DNA of 64,000 nucleotides from the human T2T-CHM13v2.0 reference genome, Homo sapiens. The stretch's first letter is position 1. Each line of letters begins with the position of its first letter. Below are positions 1-12,672 of this stretch, piece by piece. The stretch covers positions 12,736,001-12,800,000 of the forward strand of contig CP068257.2 in the NCBI GenBank assembly GCA_009914755.4. The letters are read 5' to 3'. Below the pieces are notes generated by a model. The model did no database searches, was not told the origin of the DNA, and saw only the letters and a program-made list of their open reading frames with translations. A program made the position numbers and the translations under genes.

Positions 1-1231
1 ATACTATTCCTACTTCTGTCTAATTACACTATTTGTTTCTGTGTGCAAAAATCTTTGGTAGGTGGTGGATGTGCCCAAGACACAGGGAAGAAAAAGAAGT
101 AAACAGGGAAGTACAACACAGACTCTGAAATGGGGCATCATGGAAGACGGAGCTTTGTCGTCTTGGTCTTTGCTGTATATTCACTTCCTACAACAGTGCT
201 AAATACCTTGTGGATGCTTAAATATATTAAATGAATGCATAAATGAAAAGAGTAAATAAAGAGTGTATATGAAAGTATGTAGATAAAATTCTTCACTAAG
301 CCTTGGGGATCCAGCTGCTTAAGGACTAAGACCGTATCTAGCTCCTTTTAGTATTTCCACAGCATGCCATGGAGATACATGTTTCTGATTATATATGATA
401 CATGGAAATTATATGTTGTTGAATGAGTGATTGAGTAAATGTGTACTAGGGCAGCTAATCATAAATATTTCTACTATTGCTAAAATGACTGGATTTATCC
501 ATTCCTTCTGAGAGTTTATACTGATTGCTTATATTGTATCAAATACCGTAACTGAGGGCAATGTTTACTCAAACTAATAGCACCATTCAAATTTATGCAA
601 ACAATAACACTATATCTTTAAAATGTTTTCACTAAAAGCTGCATAAAGAGTGTATTCAACAACAATAGAATAATTTTACAATCTTTTTTCTTGCTTAATG
701 GCCATTTGTGCCTTCTGACATGCTGCTAGCCATTCAAAGGTCACACTACCTTGAAGTTGAAGATCAAGACAAATGATTAGACTCATAAAAGACAAATCAC
801 GTCTTTCTGGACAGGTGATTATTAATAATTAATTAGCATTTAAACATGTATTATTTAAGTTCTTTTTAAGTTATAAAGTCTTTGATTTGCTAAACAGTTT
901 AAATAATGAATAAAACATAAAATAATAATAGTTACCATTTATTTAATTCCATAATAACTGATTTGTATGTATTATAAGCTTTCTTTCTGAAAGCAGAGTT
1001 TGGAGGTGGGTTCATAACTTTCTACAAACAGAAAACTGAGATTTAGAGGGTTAGCTAGGGAAGAATTTAAAATTAGATCCGTCTTATTAAAAAAACAATC
1101 TATGTTCTTGTCTTAGTCAGCTTGGGCCTCCATAACAAAATACAATGGACTGTTGGCTTCAAAAACTGAAACTTATTTTCTCACAGTTTTGGTGGCTGGT
1201 GGGTCAGAGATCAAGGTGTTGGCCAAATGTG

Positions 1232-1248
1232 TTTTTTTTTTTTTTTTT
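1232..1248. repeat. (T)17 homopolymer
   Basis: The run gtttttttttttttttttga is visible directly. Confidence 0.95.
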
Positions 1249-1306
1249 GAGGATTCTCTTCCTGGCTCACAAATGGCTGCTTTCCTTGTCATTGATGACT
1301 TGATAC

Positions 1307-1399
1307 AGAGGGGGAGAGGGAGAGAGAGAGAGAGCAAAGTGTGTGTTTGTGTGTGTGTCTCTGTGTGTGTTTATATTAGAGAGAGAGAGAGACAGAGAT
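1307..1399. repeat. compound (GA)n(GT)n(GA)n microsatellite
   Basis: The sequence reads gagggggagagggagagagagagagag, then caaagtgtgtgtttgtgtgtgtgtctctgtgtgtgt, then ttatattagagagagagagagacagag. Confidence 0.9.
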
Positions 1400-2689
1400 C
1401 TTACACTTTTTATAAGGTCACAGTCTTGTGGTATTAGTACCTCATTTTTATGACCTCATTTAACCTTAATTACCTCCTAGAGCCTTTATCGCCAGATACA
1501 GTCACATTTCACATCGAAGGTTTGGGCTTCGACATATAAATTCTGTGGGATACAATTCAGTCCATAGCAATTCTGAAGCACTATAATATACTCTTTTAAT
1601 TTTTAAATAAAGATGGAATTATTTAATATGTTATCTTTCAGTTGCCTTCTGGGTGTGATTTACATTGTGACTTATATATAATACTAACTCCCTGAAAAAC
1701 TCTCTGACACATAATATCTGTTGAATTAAGGAGTGAATCCCATCCCTAAAAAGAACAAGTTTATGATAATGCAGATGTGTGTTCTTGTATGATTTTCATT
1801 TTTTTTTTTTTTGGTCTCCAAAGTATATATTATGCACTATTTCCAATGCAAATGATACCCTTTAAGTTTTCTTTCTAGCAACTCTAGAATTCGGAGAATA
1901 AGCCTAAACTCAGCTTTGGTTTCCTAGACTTAATTATGTCTTAAATATGAGACTTCAGTAGTCTAATTCTCTTTTCATCTTCATTGTTTCTCACTCCACC
2001 AAAACAATATTTAGCCTCAGCAAGATCTTTAGATTTTGGATATGACTTTAGAATATATAAATAAATACTATTCCAATGGCTAAAATTATTTTTCAAAGCT
2101 GGACTAGTACAGAATTACAATGGATTATAGAATATGGAAATGTATCAGCTTTCAGGTGGTTTTCTCTTTTCAACAAAGAAAGCCTTAATAAAAATGGTAT
2201 TTTCAAAGAACTTACTTAGTTTTTCTGAACACAATGCTATGGCCTTACATTTTTGCCTGATATGATGAAATTCAATAACATCACAAAATAAAAGAGTTTT
2301 CTAGACTCACCTCCATACAGGTTGGAGACAAAGGAAAGAAGGGAAATTATGTCAAGATGTTCACGTCTTTTTGTCCTAATCAAATGATCTGATTCAAATG
2401 TTTTTACAGTAACATATCTGACATTTTGGTAATAGGTGTTGAAGTGCTTGCCTAAATTTAGATCAAATTAACTATACTATATACAGCAATATTCTTTTGA
2501 TTCAAATTGGGAGGAAACCCACGAACTTGAAACAGAATAGGATCTGTTGCCTAGTACAGCAGAAAGAATTCTGAGTGAGCTATTAGAAAAGAGTTCCAGG
2601 GTCAGTTGTGTGACATTGATTACATGACTCTTACATGTAAACATTGATAACATGACACTGATAACATCTCTTTAGCAGATATGGCCTTG

Positions 2690-2771
2690 GATATTCCTTT
2701 CTTTCTTTGAAAATGTAATTTCATTCCTCCCTCCTTTCTCCCTCTTCCTTTTCCTGCCTTCCTTTCCTCCA
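2690..2771. repeat. polypyrimidine (CT-rich) low-complexity tract
   Basis: The tract reads ttctttctttg...cattcctccctcctttctccctcttccttttcctgccttcctttcctcc. Confidence 0.8.
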
Positions 2772-5293
2772 CAAATAGTTGTACAACTACCATTTCTTAG
2801 GCACTGTGAATACAGTAAGGAACCAGAACGATAGGATTCCTGAGCTCAGGGAGCTTATAGCCCAATCAGAGGAGCCCAGACCTTTAACAACTAGTTGCCA
2901 AAATAATGATGTGATTTTAAGTATGATAACTGCTTCAAAGAAAAGATTTACATTGGTGGAAAGGGGGCTTTTGTGTATGATTTTATGTTTTTGTGTATAC
3001 ACCTTTACTCTCATGTATTAAAGGGAAGTCCTTCCATCTTTTTTTTTTTTTCCTGTAAAGAGAGAGAGATTTAATTGGTAATGGGCCAAAATTTTAATAA
3101 AGAAAATAATACTTGTAATGCAGTCTACAGCTAATGTTAACCTTTTAAATCTATTTTTAGTAAAATTCGTTTTCTCTTTTCCTAAAAAAATTCTTTTGCC
3201 AGATTCTAGGGATAGGCATAAGCTTATTTCAGTGCCATCTACTTTAAGAATTTCAAATGTTAGCAATGACTTATTTTATTTACGAAGATGATGAGCTCAG
3301 AGGACTAGGTGAAATATATGAGGCCTAGGTTTCTCTTTTTTGTAAAGTGATTTTTTCCCTTGAATTTTAGGCCAGCTAAAAACATTTTCTTTATATAGCT
3401 CATTGTAAACAATGTAAACACAGCAGTGTGTAAAGTTAGAAAACAACTCCTTTCAAACAACCCAACTTCCCCATGTGGTGTTTTGACTTTTTTTTCCTGC
3501 ATAGACATATATAACATAGCTATGCATTTTTATTAACAGAAATTTGTTAATATTGTATATATTCTATAATTTGCTCACCTCCCTTAACAATATGTCATGG
3601 ATATCTTTCCATATAGTTGTACATAATCCTGTTTCAGTCTAATACCTACATAATTTCCCATTACACTAATGTACTGTAATTTGTTTAAACAATATCTCTT
3701 ATTGGAGACTAGGGTTATTTCCAGTTTCTTAGTATTATTCTTATGTAATAAAATCCTTCTATGTCTGTCCTTCCTTTTTCTACCATTATTTCTGTGTATC
3801 ACTTACTAGCACATAGGACAGAGAAGCTGTTTTGCACCCAGGGTACTATAAGAGCATGCTCCACTCCTAAATTATTCTAATTACTCTGTGGTTTGCTTCT
3901 GGGCCTGCTCACATTTTCAAACTCTGCTGTCCTTGAAGATCTTTTTTCTCTAGGGGTGATTCAGAAAATTGGTTCAACTTCTGCTCTGGACACTACCTTC
4001 TTTTCCTGTTGAATTACTGATTTCTTAACTCAATTTTGTTTTCATGCCCTTCTTATGTTTTATACATACAAAATTATAAATGTATAAATAATAAAAAGAA
4101 TAAAACATAATATATAATATATATTTAAGTTGTGAAGCAAAATAATAAAATGAACACTAGTGAATCCCTCCTCCCATATTGAGAAGTCTGTCAACACAAT
4201 TCTGAATACCACTGAGCCTACCAATGTGTTTCTTTTCTATCCTTTTCTATTCCTGCCTCCCTCTCAGAGGCGAATTTTATGTCTACCATTTTCTTTATTA
4301 AAAAAGTTTTATCATATATGATGCATTCCTAAACAATTCATTATTTACTTTTAGTTTTGAGTTATCTAAAAGGCCCCACACTGGCATCATACAGTTAGGG
4401 ATTGCTCAGAAAAGCAGAAAGTATGTGAGTGATATAGACCAAGGGACTAGAATGTAGGCAGTTATGGAACTGATTAGCCAGTATATGTAGTCTTTTTGTT
4501 TGTTTGTTTTTGCCTGTCTCAGCTCACAGCCAGCTGTCCCTGAGTCTGGAGTTAAAGCTGGAGTAAAGGTGGAGAGACCAAGGAGACACACCTGTCTCTC
4601 ATGACCTCCAATCTTGATGATGTAGGTAACTTGACAGAGAAGATGATTCTCTTCACCACAGAGCTGAGCCACACCTGGCCAGAATCAGGGAAGGTGAAGG
4701 AAGAGATCTGGAGGGATTTGGGGAAGCTGCAGGGCGGGCTGCTGTCCTCTGCCAAGATCAGTGACAACGTGTGTGAGCTGCAACTGCACATGAATGTTAC
4801 CAACCTTCTGAGACTTAAAATTTTCACCTTCTAAATCTTAGACAAATTTCTTTTGTAGTAATGTTATTTCGAAATCACGCTGAGAAAGCACTACTGGGCC
4901 ATGTAATTCCAAATTAGTTATATTGACAAAGTGGCAAGGTATCCACACTTTATAGATTTCTGTGACTTTTTCTCTCAATATTTACATTGCAAGTTGTTTT
5001 TTGTAGCTATATGTCTTTAATTTTCATTAGTCTATTATAGTCCATTATGTGAAAAATCTCAAATGTATTTTTCCATTATCTTGTTTATGGACATTTCAAT
5101 TGCTTTTAGTGTTTTGCTATTATGAAGAATGCTACTGTGGATATTCTTCTATATTTCTCGTGATGTAATTGTGCAAGCATTTCTCTACGGCTTAGAAATA
5201 GGAGAACTGATGTCCAACTTTACAAAATGGTACCAAATTGTTTTCCAAAGTTCTTTTTATGAAATTTATACTTCCACCAATGCCATGTAGACT

Positions 5294-5762
5294 TTTTATT
5301 GATACATAATAATTGTAAATGTTTATGGAGTACTTGTGATATTTTGATGCGTGCAATGTTTGATGATCAAACCAGGGTTTCTAGGCTATCCATCACCTCA
5401 ACCATTTATCATTTCTTTATGTTCGGAACATTTCAAATCTTCCCCTCTAGCTATTTTGAAATACACATTAGATTACTATTAATTGTAGTCAGTCAACTGT
5501 GCTATCAAACACTAGAATTTATTCCTTCTATCCCATGTTTGTACCCATTAACCAACCTCTCTTCATCCCCATTCCCTTCCCAGCCTCTAGTAACCATCAT
5601 TCTACTCTCTACCTCCATAAGAGGTAGCTCCCACAGATGAGTGCTAACAGTGATATGTGTCTTTCTGTGCCTGGTTTATTTCACATAACATAACGACCTC
5701 CAGTTCCATTGATGTTGCTGCAAATAGGATTTTATTTTTTATGGCTGAATAGTATTCCATTC
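5294..5762 (-). mobile_element. L1 3'UTR segment (older L1PB/L1MA-like), reverse-complement orientation
   Basis: This is the reverse complement of the L1 3' end, running from ttttattgatacataataattgtaaatgtttatggagtacttgtgatattttgatgcg to ctgtgcctggtttatttcacataacataacgacctccagttccattgatgttgctgcaaataggattttattttttatggctgaatagtattccattc. Confidence 0.8.
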
Positions 5763-5811
5763 ATCCTGTACAATTGGGAAACTATTTGCAAATTATTCAT
5801 TGAACAATGTA

Positions 5812-6287
5812 CTAATATCCAGAATATGTAAGTAACTCAAACAGCTCAATGACAAAAAAACAAATAATCCCATCAAAAAGTGGGCAAAGGATCTTAATAG
5901 ACATTTCTTAAAAGAAGACATACAAATGACAACAGGTATATGAAAAAATACTCAACATCACTAATCATCAGGGAAATGCAAATAAAAGACAATGAGATAT
6001 CATCTCACCTCTGGTAAAATGGCCGTTATTAGAAAGACAAAAAATGACAAGTGCTGGTGAAGATGAGGAGAAGGTGGAACTTTTATACACTGTTGGTGGA
6101 AATATAAATTAGTATAACCATTATGGAAAACAGTATGAAAGATTCTCAAAAAACTAAAAAAAGAACTATTGTATGCTCCAGCAATTCCACTAGTGGGTAC
6201 TTATCCAGCAGACAGGAAATCAGTCATCAAAAGAATACCTGCACCCCCATGTTTTATATTGGCACTATTCACAATAGCCACATAGAC
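5812..6287 (+). mobile_element. L1 ORF2 3'-terminal segment, direct orientation, inverted relative to the adjacent L1 3'UTR
   Basis: The segment runs from caaataatcccatcaaaaagtgggcaaaggatcttaatagacatttcttaaaagaagacatacaaatg to ggtacttatccagcagac, then ttattcacaatagccacatagac. It matches L1 ORF2 C-terminal coding sequence read on the + strand. Confidence 0.8.
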
Positions 6288-6379
6288 TTTTAATTGAGCT
6301 ACATACTTGCCAACACTTAGCATTTATCATGCTGGTCAATATTTTCTAGTCTGATGAAAGTAAAATGACATCTGTTTGT

Positions 6380-7130
6380 GATATTTATTTGCATTTTTCT
6401 AATTGTTAATGAAATTAAATAATTTTTCATAAGTTTACTCTCCATTTTTTATTTTCTATAAATGCTTGTTCATGTAAATTTTCTCATTTTTCTAATTTTT
6501 TTCTTTCCAATTTTAGGAATTCTTTATATATTTTGGTTACTAATGTTTTACAAGTTATACATGTTGCAAATGTCTCTATGGCTTATTTTTAAATATCTTT
6601 GTAATATCTTTAAATGACATAAGTTTTTAATTATATAATGTGGTCAATTTTATGATTAGTACCTTTTGTATCATTTAAAATCTCCTAACCTACCCTGAGT
6701 CATTAATACATTCTTCTATTTTATCTTTTTTAACTTTCATATTTGGGCCTTTAATCAACCTGGAACTGATTTGTGCATGTAGTGTGCTGTAAGGATCCTA
6801 TTTTTCCCCCATATTTATAACTATGAGCCAACACTATTAGTGAATAGTCTAATTTCTGCAATGTTTTGCATGGCTATCTCTATCACATATTAAATTTTAA
6901 TACTCACAAGTCTGTTTTTGAGCTCTCTATTTTGTTTTACTGGCCAATTGATCTAATACTGTTTTAATTATTATATTTTTATAATAGTTTATGCTGTTAA
7001 TCAGGACAAAGATCTTCACTTTTTCTCTCTTCTTCATGAGTGTGTTGACTATTTTTCTTCCTTTTATTATTTATGTCAGTTTTAGAAAAAAATTTTTAAG
7101 ATGATTCAACTTGATTCTGAGCAACCAACC
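6380..7130 (-). mobile_element. ancient L1 (L1M-like) ORF2 3' region, reverse complement
   Basis: The segment begins gatatttatttgcatttttctaattgttaatg, then tctccattttttattttc, then ctattttgttttactggccaattg. It is collinear with the reverse complement of L1M (gatatttatttgcatttctctgatgattagtgatgttgagcat...). It is degraded. Confidence 0.5.
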
Positions 7131-8185
7131 TGGCTTTATATTAAGCCTGTCGTAGGCCCCTGGCTACATCTGTGATTTTCGAGTTTATCTTCGCTGTTTC
7201 ATTACTGGCCCAGGATTTGGAGTGATGATCTTGGCATTTGCTCCAAAGGCATCACTGTCTCTTGGAGATTCTTTTGTTTTTTCTTTTTGAGTTTTAGCAA
7301 ACTTATTTTATTTTTTGTCCCTTACAGGTTTGCCTGAAATTCTCAGTAGCCCAGCATGCAATAAAAACAATGTTTCATGGAAGCTCTTTTTTTTTCCCTA
7401 GTGAGAGGGAGCTTTGCATATGTAATATACAATTCTAGAAGTTCTCCAGATTTCTTATGTTGTAAACTTAAAACTCTGAGCCAAAAATATCATATTTTGA
7501 ATTAACTGTTGACCTCAGAAATGACAATTTTTACTTGTGAGTTAGGGTAGGTGAAAGTGACTGAACACCTTAACTTCTGTCATTTCCTCTCTACTGTACA
7601 TTATTGCAGAACTGGAAAGAACTTTACAGCTAAATAGTGAACAGCCCTTAACTTTCTTTCTCTCTTATTTAGAAGCTATAAACCAGAGATGATTTGTTTT
7701 CCAGATAAGGATATACTAATCAATAGTAGTGAAAAGCCATGCCAAAATGAGAGAGGCAGCCTAGTAAAATCTCTATGTCAGTTATTTATGTCAAGAGCAT
7801 TTAAAAAGTAGGCCAGAATGTAGAGTAGCTTGAATTATATCCTTCAAACAAAGAAGTAATTAAAACAAACAAATATAAAACAAAAACCTAGCAGGAGGAT
7901 TATCATGTTGTTAACTATTATTCAATGTCAGGCTTCATAATGACTCTAGGATACTGAGAATGAATTTTGAAATTATTAATTGAAACTCTGCCATTTGAAT
8001 TTCTAGCAAGATCTTTCTATCAATACTTATCATTTTCACCATAGTAGTCCACTAACATTTTGGCATGCAATCGTTTGGATGTAGTTTGAAGTGGCCTTCA
8101 ATGTTGACATTTAGCTTCTTAAGAATGAAACAGGGACAGGTGTCCTCACCAGATAGGCCAGGTGGGATCATGCAAAAAGCAGAAT

Positions 8186-8395
8186 CTTTGGAGCCAGACA
8201 GACCTGCCTTCACATGCCAATACACAATCTGAGAGAACATTCTCCAGGTCTTGTGAGCCTCAGGCAACTCAGCTACAAAAATTGGGATCACAATCCCTTC
8301 TTTGCAGGGCTGTTGCAAGAATGACATAAGAGAAAACCTTTTTTATGCTTAGCAACTAATAGGCACTCATTAATAGTAGCATAGTTATCATTATA
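8186..8395 (+). mobile_element. MIR SINE
   Basis: The segment ggagccagacagacctgccttcac, then gtgagcctcaggcaactcagctacaaaaattgggatcacaatccc, then cagggctgttgcaagaatgacataag, then tgcttagcaactaataggcactcattaatagtagc is collinear with the MIR consensus (ggagccagactgcctgggttc...gcctcagtttcctcatctgtaaaatggggataataatagtacc...agggttgttgtgaggattaaatgag...gcgcttagaacagtgcctggcacatagtaagcgctcaataaatg). Confidence 0.55.
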
Positions 8396-9984
8396 ACTCT
8401 TATCATTATTAGTGTCTACTTTAGATTCTTGTGTAATTCAGGACAAATTCTTCACCTTTTCCTAAGCAGGATTAGATAATAAAAAGAGACAATAACCATT
8501 CATTTGCCTTGAGCAATATTTTTCCTTTGATCAGGGAGTGGAGCAAAAGAGGTAGATGGGTAGGTATGGGGTCTCATTACTTTGTTGGTTATCCATAGAA
8601 ATTAAATGTATTGCTTAGCTTTCTTTCTCATTTATTGTTGGCGTAGACACCAAGTATATAATTTAATTATCATATTGCATGTATGAAATTATATATGAAC
8701 CATTTTCCTTGTAGCTGAAGTTTGAATCCGAATATTATTAGCAAAGTTACCCAAGTGGAGCCAATCCATATTAGACCACTTACGCTAAAGGCTGCTGCCA
8801 AACTAATCTTTTTTAAATAGTGGATTTATCAAATCTCTCTCTTTGAATTTATAAAAACTCATCTTTTTAATGTCCTGATGCATCAAATCTAAACTCTTCT
8901 GCCAGGCTTTCAAGAATTTCCCTACACTGATCCCGTTCTTTTTAGCGAAATATTTTTTGCTATTCCCTCAGTCCAATCTCTGCCTTTAGTGAGATATATT
9001 CTCTTCCCAGAAACCAGTTGTCACCAGGCTTTGCTTCTTTCCTATTGCTTGTGTTCTTCCCTTTTCCTGAAATAACTTTCGCTGAGATTTCCATGTACTC
9101 AGGTCCAGCCTGGGATTCACATGCCCTTTCAGTACTAATTTCCACCATGAACATTTCCCTAACTAGTTTCTAGATATCCCAACTGTCATGTAGAAACTTT
9201 TACATGACTTTGGGTCTTCATGTTATGTAGTTCATAACTAAGTGCTGACTTTTCTCATACATTATTATTTATGTGAAATAAAGTGGTCTATACAATTAGA
9301 ATGTGGGTGCCTTGAAAATAGATTATCTTACAGTTCTGTATCTCTTATAATTCTAAGCACAGTATTGAGCACAGAGTGTTAATAACTACCTGTTAATTAC
9401 TGAGCTAACTGATTTGGTAAACACCTTTTACATTTGCCCCCATTGTGAATTTAGCCATGTACAATATTTAACTTACTAAGTTAATTTACACTACATGCCA
9501 TTTTAGATTCTGATTGTGATTATTGGTCCCTGGAATATTTTTAAAATCTTTGTTTTCAAAATATGAAATTGGAGGGTGCTAAATAAAACCCAAATTATAT
9601 TTTTCTTGCCAAAAGTATATTATCCATAATGTCTTAATTAACTTGAATTATTTAAGGAAAAGGGCTGTATTCTCACTAAGTCAAGATTCTCTTAGGGATA
9701 GGAGACCCAACTTATCCTACATAATCACCCGATTAGTCTTCACGTTTGATCCCTCTTAAGTACTATTCTGGTTGCTATGGACACACCCCATCAATCTTGA
9801 TAATTTTATAACATTAAGAGAAAACAAACCCATATTTATTAGTGGCTTATTATAAGATAAACTTTAAATGTTTCTAGATAATATTTGCATTTCTTTTCTA
9901 AAACAAATATCCTAATCTGGCATCTTAGATATATCTGTTTTATAATTTTTTTCATCTGTTTTTTTTTTTTATTGCTTTTCTTTT

Positions 9985-10121
9985 CATTTCTTTTTTTGAG
10001 ACAGGAGCTGGCTCTATCACCCAGGCTGGAGTGCAGTGGCGCGATCTGGGCTCACTGCAGCCTTTGCCTCCTGGGCTTAAGTAATCCTCCCATCTCATCC
10101 TCTCAACAGGCGCAGCTAAGT

Positions 10122-10152
<31 letters not shown>

Positions 10153-10281
10153 GTATTTTTTTTGTAGAGATGGGGTTTCACCATGTTGCGCAGGCTGATC
10201 TCAAACTCCTGGGCTCAAGTGATCTGCCTGCCTCAGCCTCCCAGAGTGCTAGGATTACAGACATGAGCTACCACACCCAGC
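9985..10281 (-). mobile_element. Alu SINE (full dimer) with expanded T/A-rich linker
   Basis: The element begins tttttttgagacaggagctggctctatcacccaggctggagtgcagtggcgcgatctgggctcactgcagcc and ends ctcagcctcccagagtgctaggattacagacatgagctaccacacccagcc. Confidence 0.92.
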
Positions 10282-10929
10282 CTCATCTTTTTGATTACCG
10301 TATTATTCTGTACTTTCAGAAAACAAAACTGTTTCTTTTTTCTGGTTAAGGAGTTGTTTGATAGACTTTAGTCTGACTTTTAGTGGCTTATTACACAAAG
10401 CAGATTTGATTTAATATATATTAAAATGACATTATCAAAGTTGTCTTGCTGGCAGAAGTTTTTCTCCAGATTCAGTGTGATAACTACACTCCGTTGATTT
10501 AATTATTATCATTTTGGTATGAATCTCCTGTCATGTTTATGCTGTGAATTTTCAAGAGATTAGAGACTGTCTGTGGGAGTAGGAGGTAAAAAGTGAATGA
10601 GCAAATGTATTTTGAGTGTTTGAACAGTGAAATATACAGTGACCAGCAGGTGTCTCTGTTACACAATGCAGATGAGATTCTCAAAGCTTTTCTAATATTA
10701 ATCCTACCTTCTCCATCTAACTGAATTCACTTTTCAATTTTAACATTTACATTTGCTTTCTTCTTCAACAACATATAAAGAAACTCTTACCTCTCTCATA
10801 TCTTTAATCAGGGCTCTGTTTTTATTTTCTTAAAATGCTGTATCCAAGATTATTTCTTAGTGTCTAACTTCTACCCTCTTTTTAAATGTTTATTTTAATT
10901 TTTTCTTTAAAATTTTTTTAAAAAAATAT

Positions 10930-11049
10930 AATAGAGACAGGCTTTCACCATGTTGCCCAGGTTGGTCTCAAACTCCTGGACTCAAGGGATTCACCTGCCT
11001 CATCCTTCCAAAGTTCTGACATTATAGGTGTGAGCCACTATTCCCAGCC
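10930..11049 (-). mobile_element. free left Alu monomer (FLAM-like) fragment
   Basis: The segment reads tagagacaggctttcaccatgttgcccaggttggtctcaaactcctggactcaagggattcacctgcctcatccttccaaagttctgacattataggtgtgagccactattcccagcc. This is the reverse complement of the left monomer only. Confidence 0.8.
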
Positions 11050-11579
11050 TCTACCCACTTTGTCTAAGTTTATTTTGCACCATTTTATAGAATGAGGGCT
11101 GGCTTAAGATCTTTATTTAGAAGCCCTAAGCACTGAAAAGTTTGCAATATCATATCTCCTCATATGTTAATTAAATAAAAAATAGTAAATTATAAAGAAA
11201 TTGTAAGGAAGTTTGACAAAGTTTAAGATAACTAAAAGTTAAATAACAACTACAGCAGTGTTTTCTTAATATATCAAATGTATTTTTCTTAGAAGTTTGG
11301 GGAAAATATCTGATAATCCTATTTTTAGGGAATTTCTAAATTTAGTTTGCCTTTTGTATAACCTATGACTGTATAAAATGAAAAGCCTAGACAGAACCAA
11401 GAATTATGCAAAATACCCCTGCCAAGAATTTAAGTCACAGACCAGGCATGTATGAATGGATGAAGGGGGACAAGAGACAGCCAAAGGAAAGCAGAGGAGT
11501 GAAAGAGTACATCTAGACACTGCCAGTGGGCATATAATTTCTACTTTCTTTCTAATAAAAATGAAATCTAACACTTACT

Positions 11580-11735
11580 CACAGTTTATTATGTGCTAAA
11601 CTTTGTATATACTCTCTTATTTTTCCCTCACAATGGCCCTGCTAAATTGTTGCTGTGATTAATCCCGTAGTAAAATGAATAAACTGAGGCTGAGAGATTA
11701 ATTCCAAAAGGTTATACAGTCAGAAATCTGCTAAC
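11580..11735 (-). mobile_element. MIR SINE fragment
   Basis: The segment reads cttactcacagtttattatgtgctaaac, then tccctcacaatggccctgc, then aatgaataaactgaggctgagagattaattccaaaaggttatacagtcag. It parallels the reverse complement of MIR (tactatgtgccaggcac..atcctcacaacaaccctatgaggtag..ttttacagatgaggaaactgaggcacagagaggttaagtaacttgcccaaggtcacacagc). Confidence 0.5.
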
Positions 11736-12543
11736 ATTTTAAATCCCTATATTGTATTTTGAGAAGGTAGTTCGACACAATATTTGCTTTTCAACTAAAA
11801 TTTTGCATATGTTTGGCTTAGCATTTGTAAGATTTTTACTAAAGAAATAATAGTGGATAAGTGCAAAAGAGATCTTTGGAGTTTTTATTATAGACTTTCA
11901 TTACATTGAAATTCCTGATTAATGCTATGGAACCAGACTGACTAACTCTTACAAAAATGTATTTGTTAAGAGGCTCCCAGGAAGTCTCCAGAAGAATGGG
12001 AAACAGATTCAGTGGGACTCAAGTTATCAAGGAGGAAGAGGCAAGAAGCACAGTTACAGGCTTGTAGCCAGCAGAGCTGGTTAGGATGCCCTCAGAACTC
12101 CATCCCTGTTGGGATGAACAACCTCTAACATTTCCCCCCCGTACTTGATTCAAAGCTCAAGGTTCTAAGTCCCAGGAGAGGGCCTCCAACTGGCCAAATT
12201 TAGGTCACATGCTAACACCAGGATGTACAGTAATGAGGAGAGAGAATTTATTTCCACTGGCTTCTGTAGTAGCAGGTGATCACCCAGAATTCTTCTCTGC
12301 TAATACTTAAAACAGTGAGAAAGAACTGCCTCCTTTGTTGAAAATTAAGGTTTTATGGGGACTCGACAATGAAGCTGGGCAGACAAAAAAAAAAGTTAGG
12401 GGGTAAGTGAGGTGACAAATGACCACTACAACACTTTAACAGTATAAAATTGAAGCATCCTGCAATTGAGGACTAATTAAATCATGTAACATCAATATAA
12501 TAAAATACAAATAAGCAACTACAAATGAAATTATAGAAAACTA

Positions 12544-12672
12544 TTTACTTATTTATTTTTATTTTAAATTTTTGTGGGTACATAGTAGGTGCATATATTT
12601 ATAGGGAACACGAAATATTTTGATTCAGGCATAAAATGCATAACAATCACTCCAGGGCAAATAAGGTATCCA
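12544..12672 (-). mobile_element. older L1 3' end (part 1 of an L1 copy interrupted by later insertions)
   Basis: The T-rich tail is followed by tttgtgggtacatagtaggtgcatatatttatagggaacacgaaatattttgattcaggcataaaatgcataacaatcac..ggtatccatc, which is the reverse complement of the L1 3'UTR terminus. The L1 sequence resumes at 13085 (catttatatgttttgtgttacaaacattccaaatgtactcttttag...). Confidence 0.75.

Larger units (their letters stand above)
1108..1569 (-). mobile_element. ERVL-MaLR solo LTR fragment, MLT1-family, carrying embedded simple repeats
   Basis: This is the reverse complement of the MLT1 LTR 3' end (gtcttagtcagcttgggcctccataacaaaataC..ggcttcaaaaactgaaacttattttctcacagttttggtggctggtgggtcagagatcaaggtg). 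It runs to the MLT1 5' end (ttataaggtcacag..ggtattagtacctcat..cctcctag..cagtccatagca). A T-run and GA/GT microsatellites interrupt it. Confidence 0.55.

Noticed and set aside
9885-10349. 154-aa ORF on the plus strand
   Set aside because: It reads through an Alu element (..[28 protein letters not shown].. is the Alu left monomer translated) and a poly-T/F-rich run. This is typical spurious Alu read-through.
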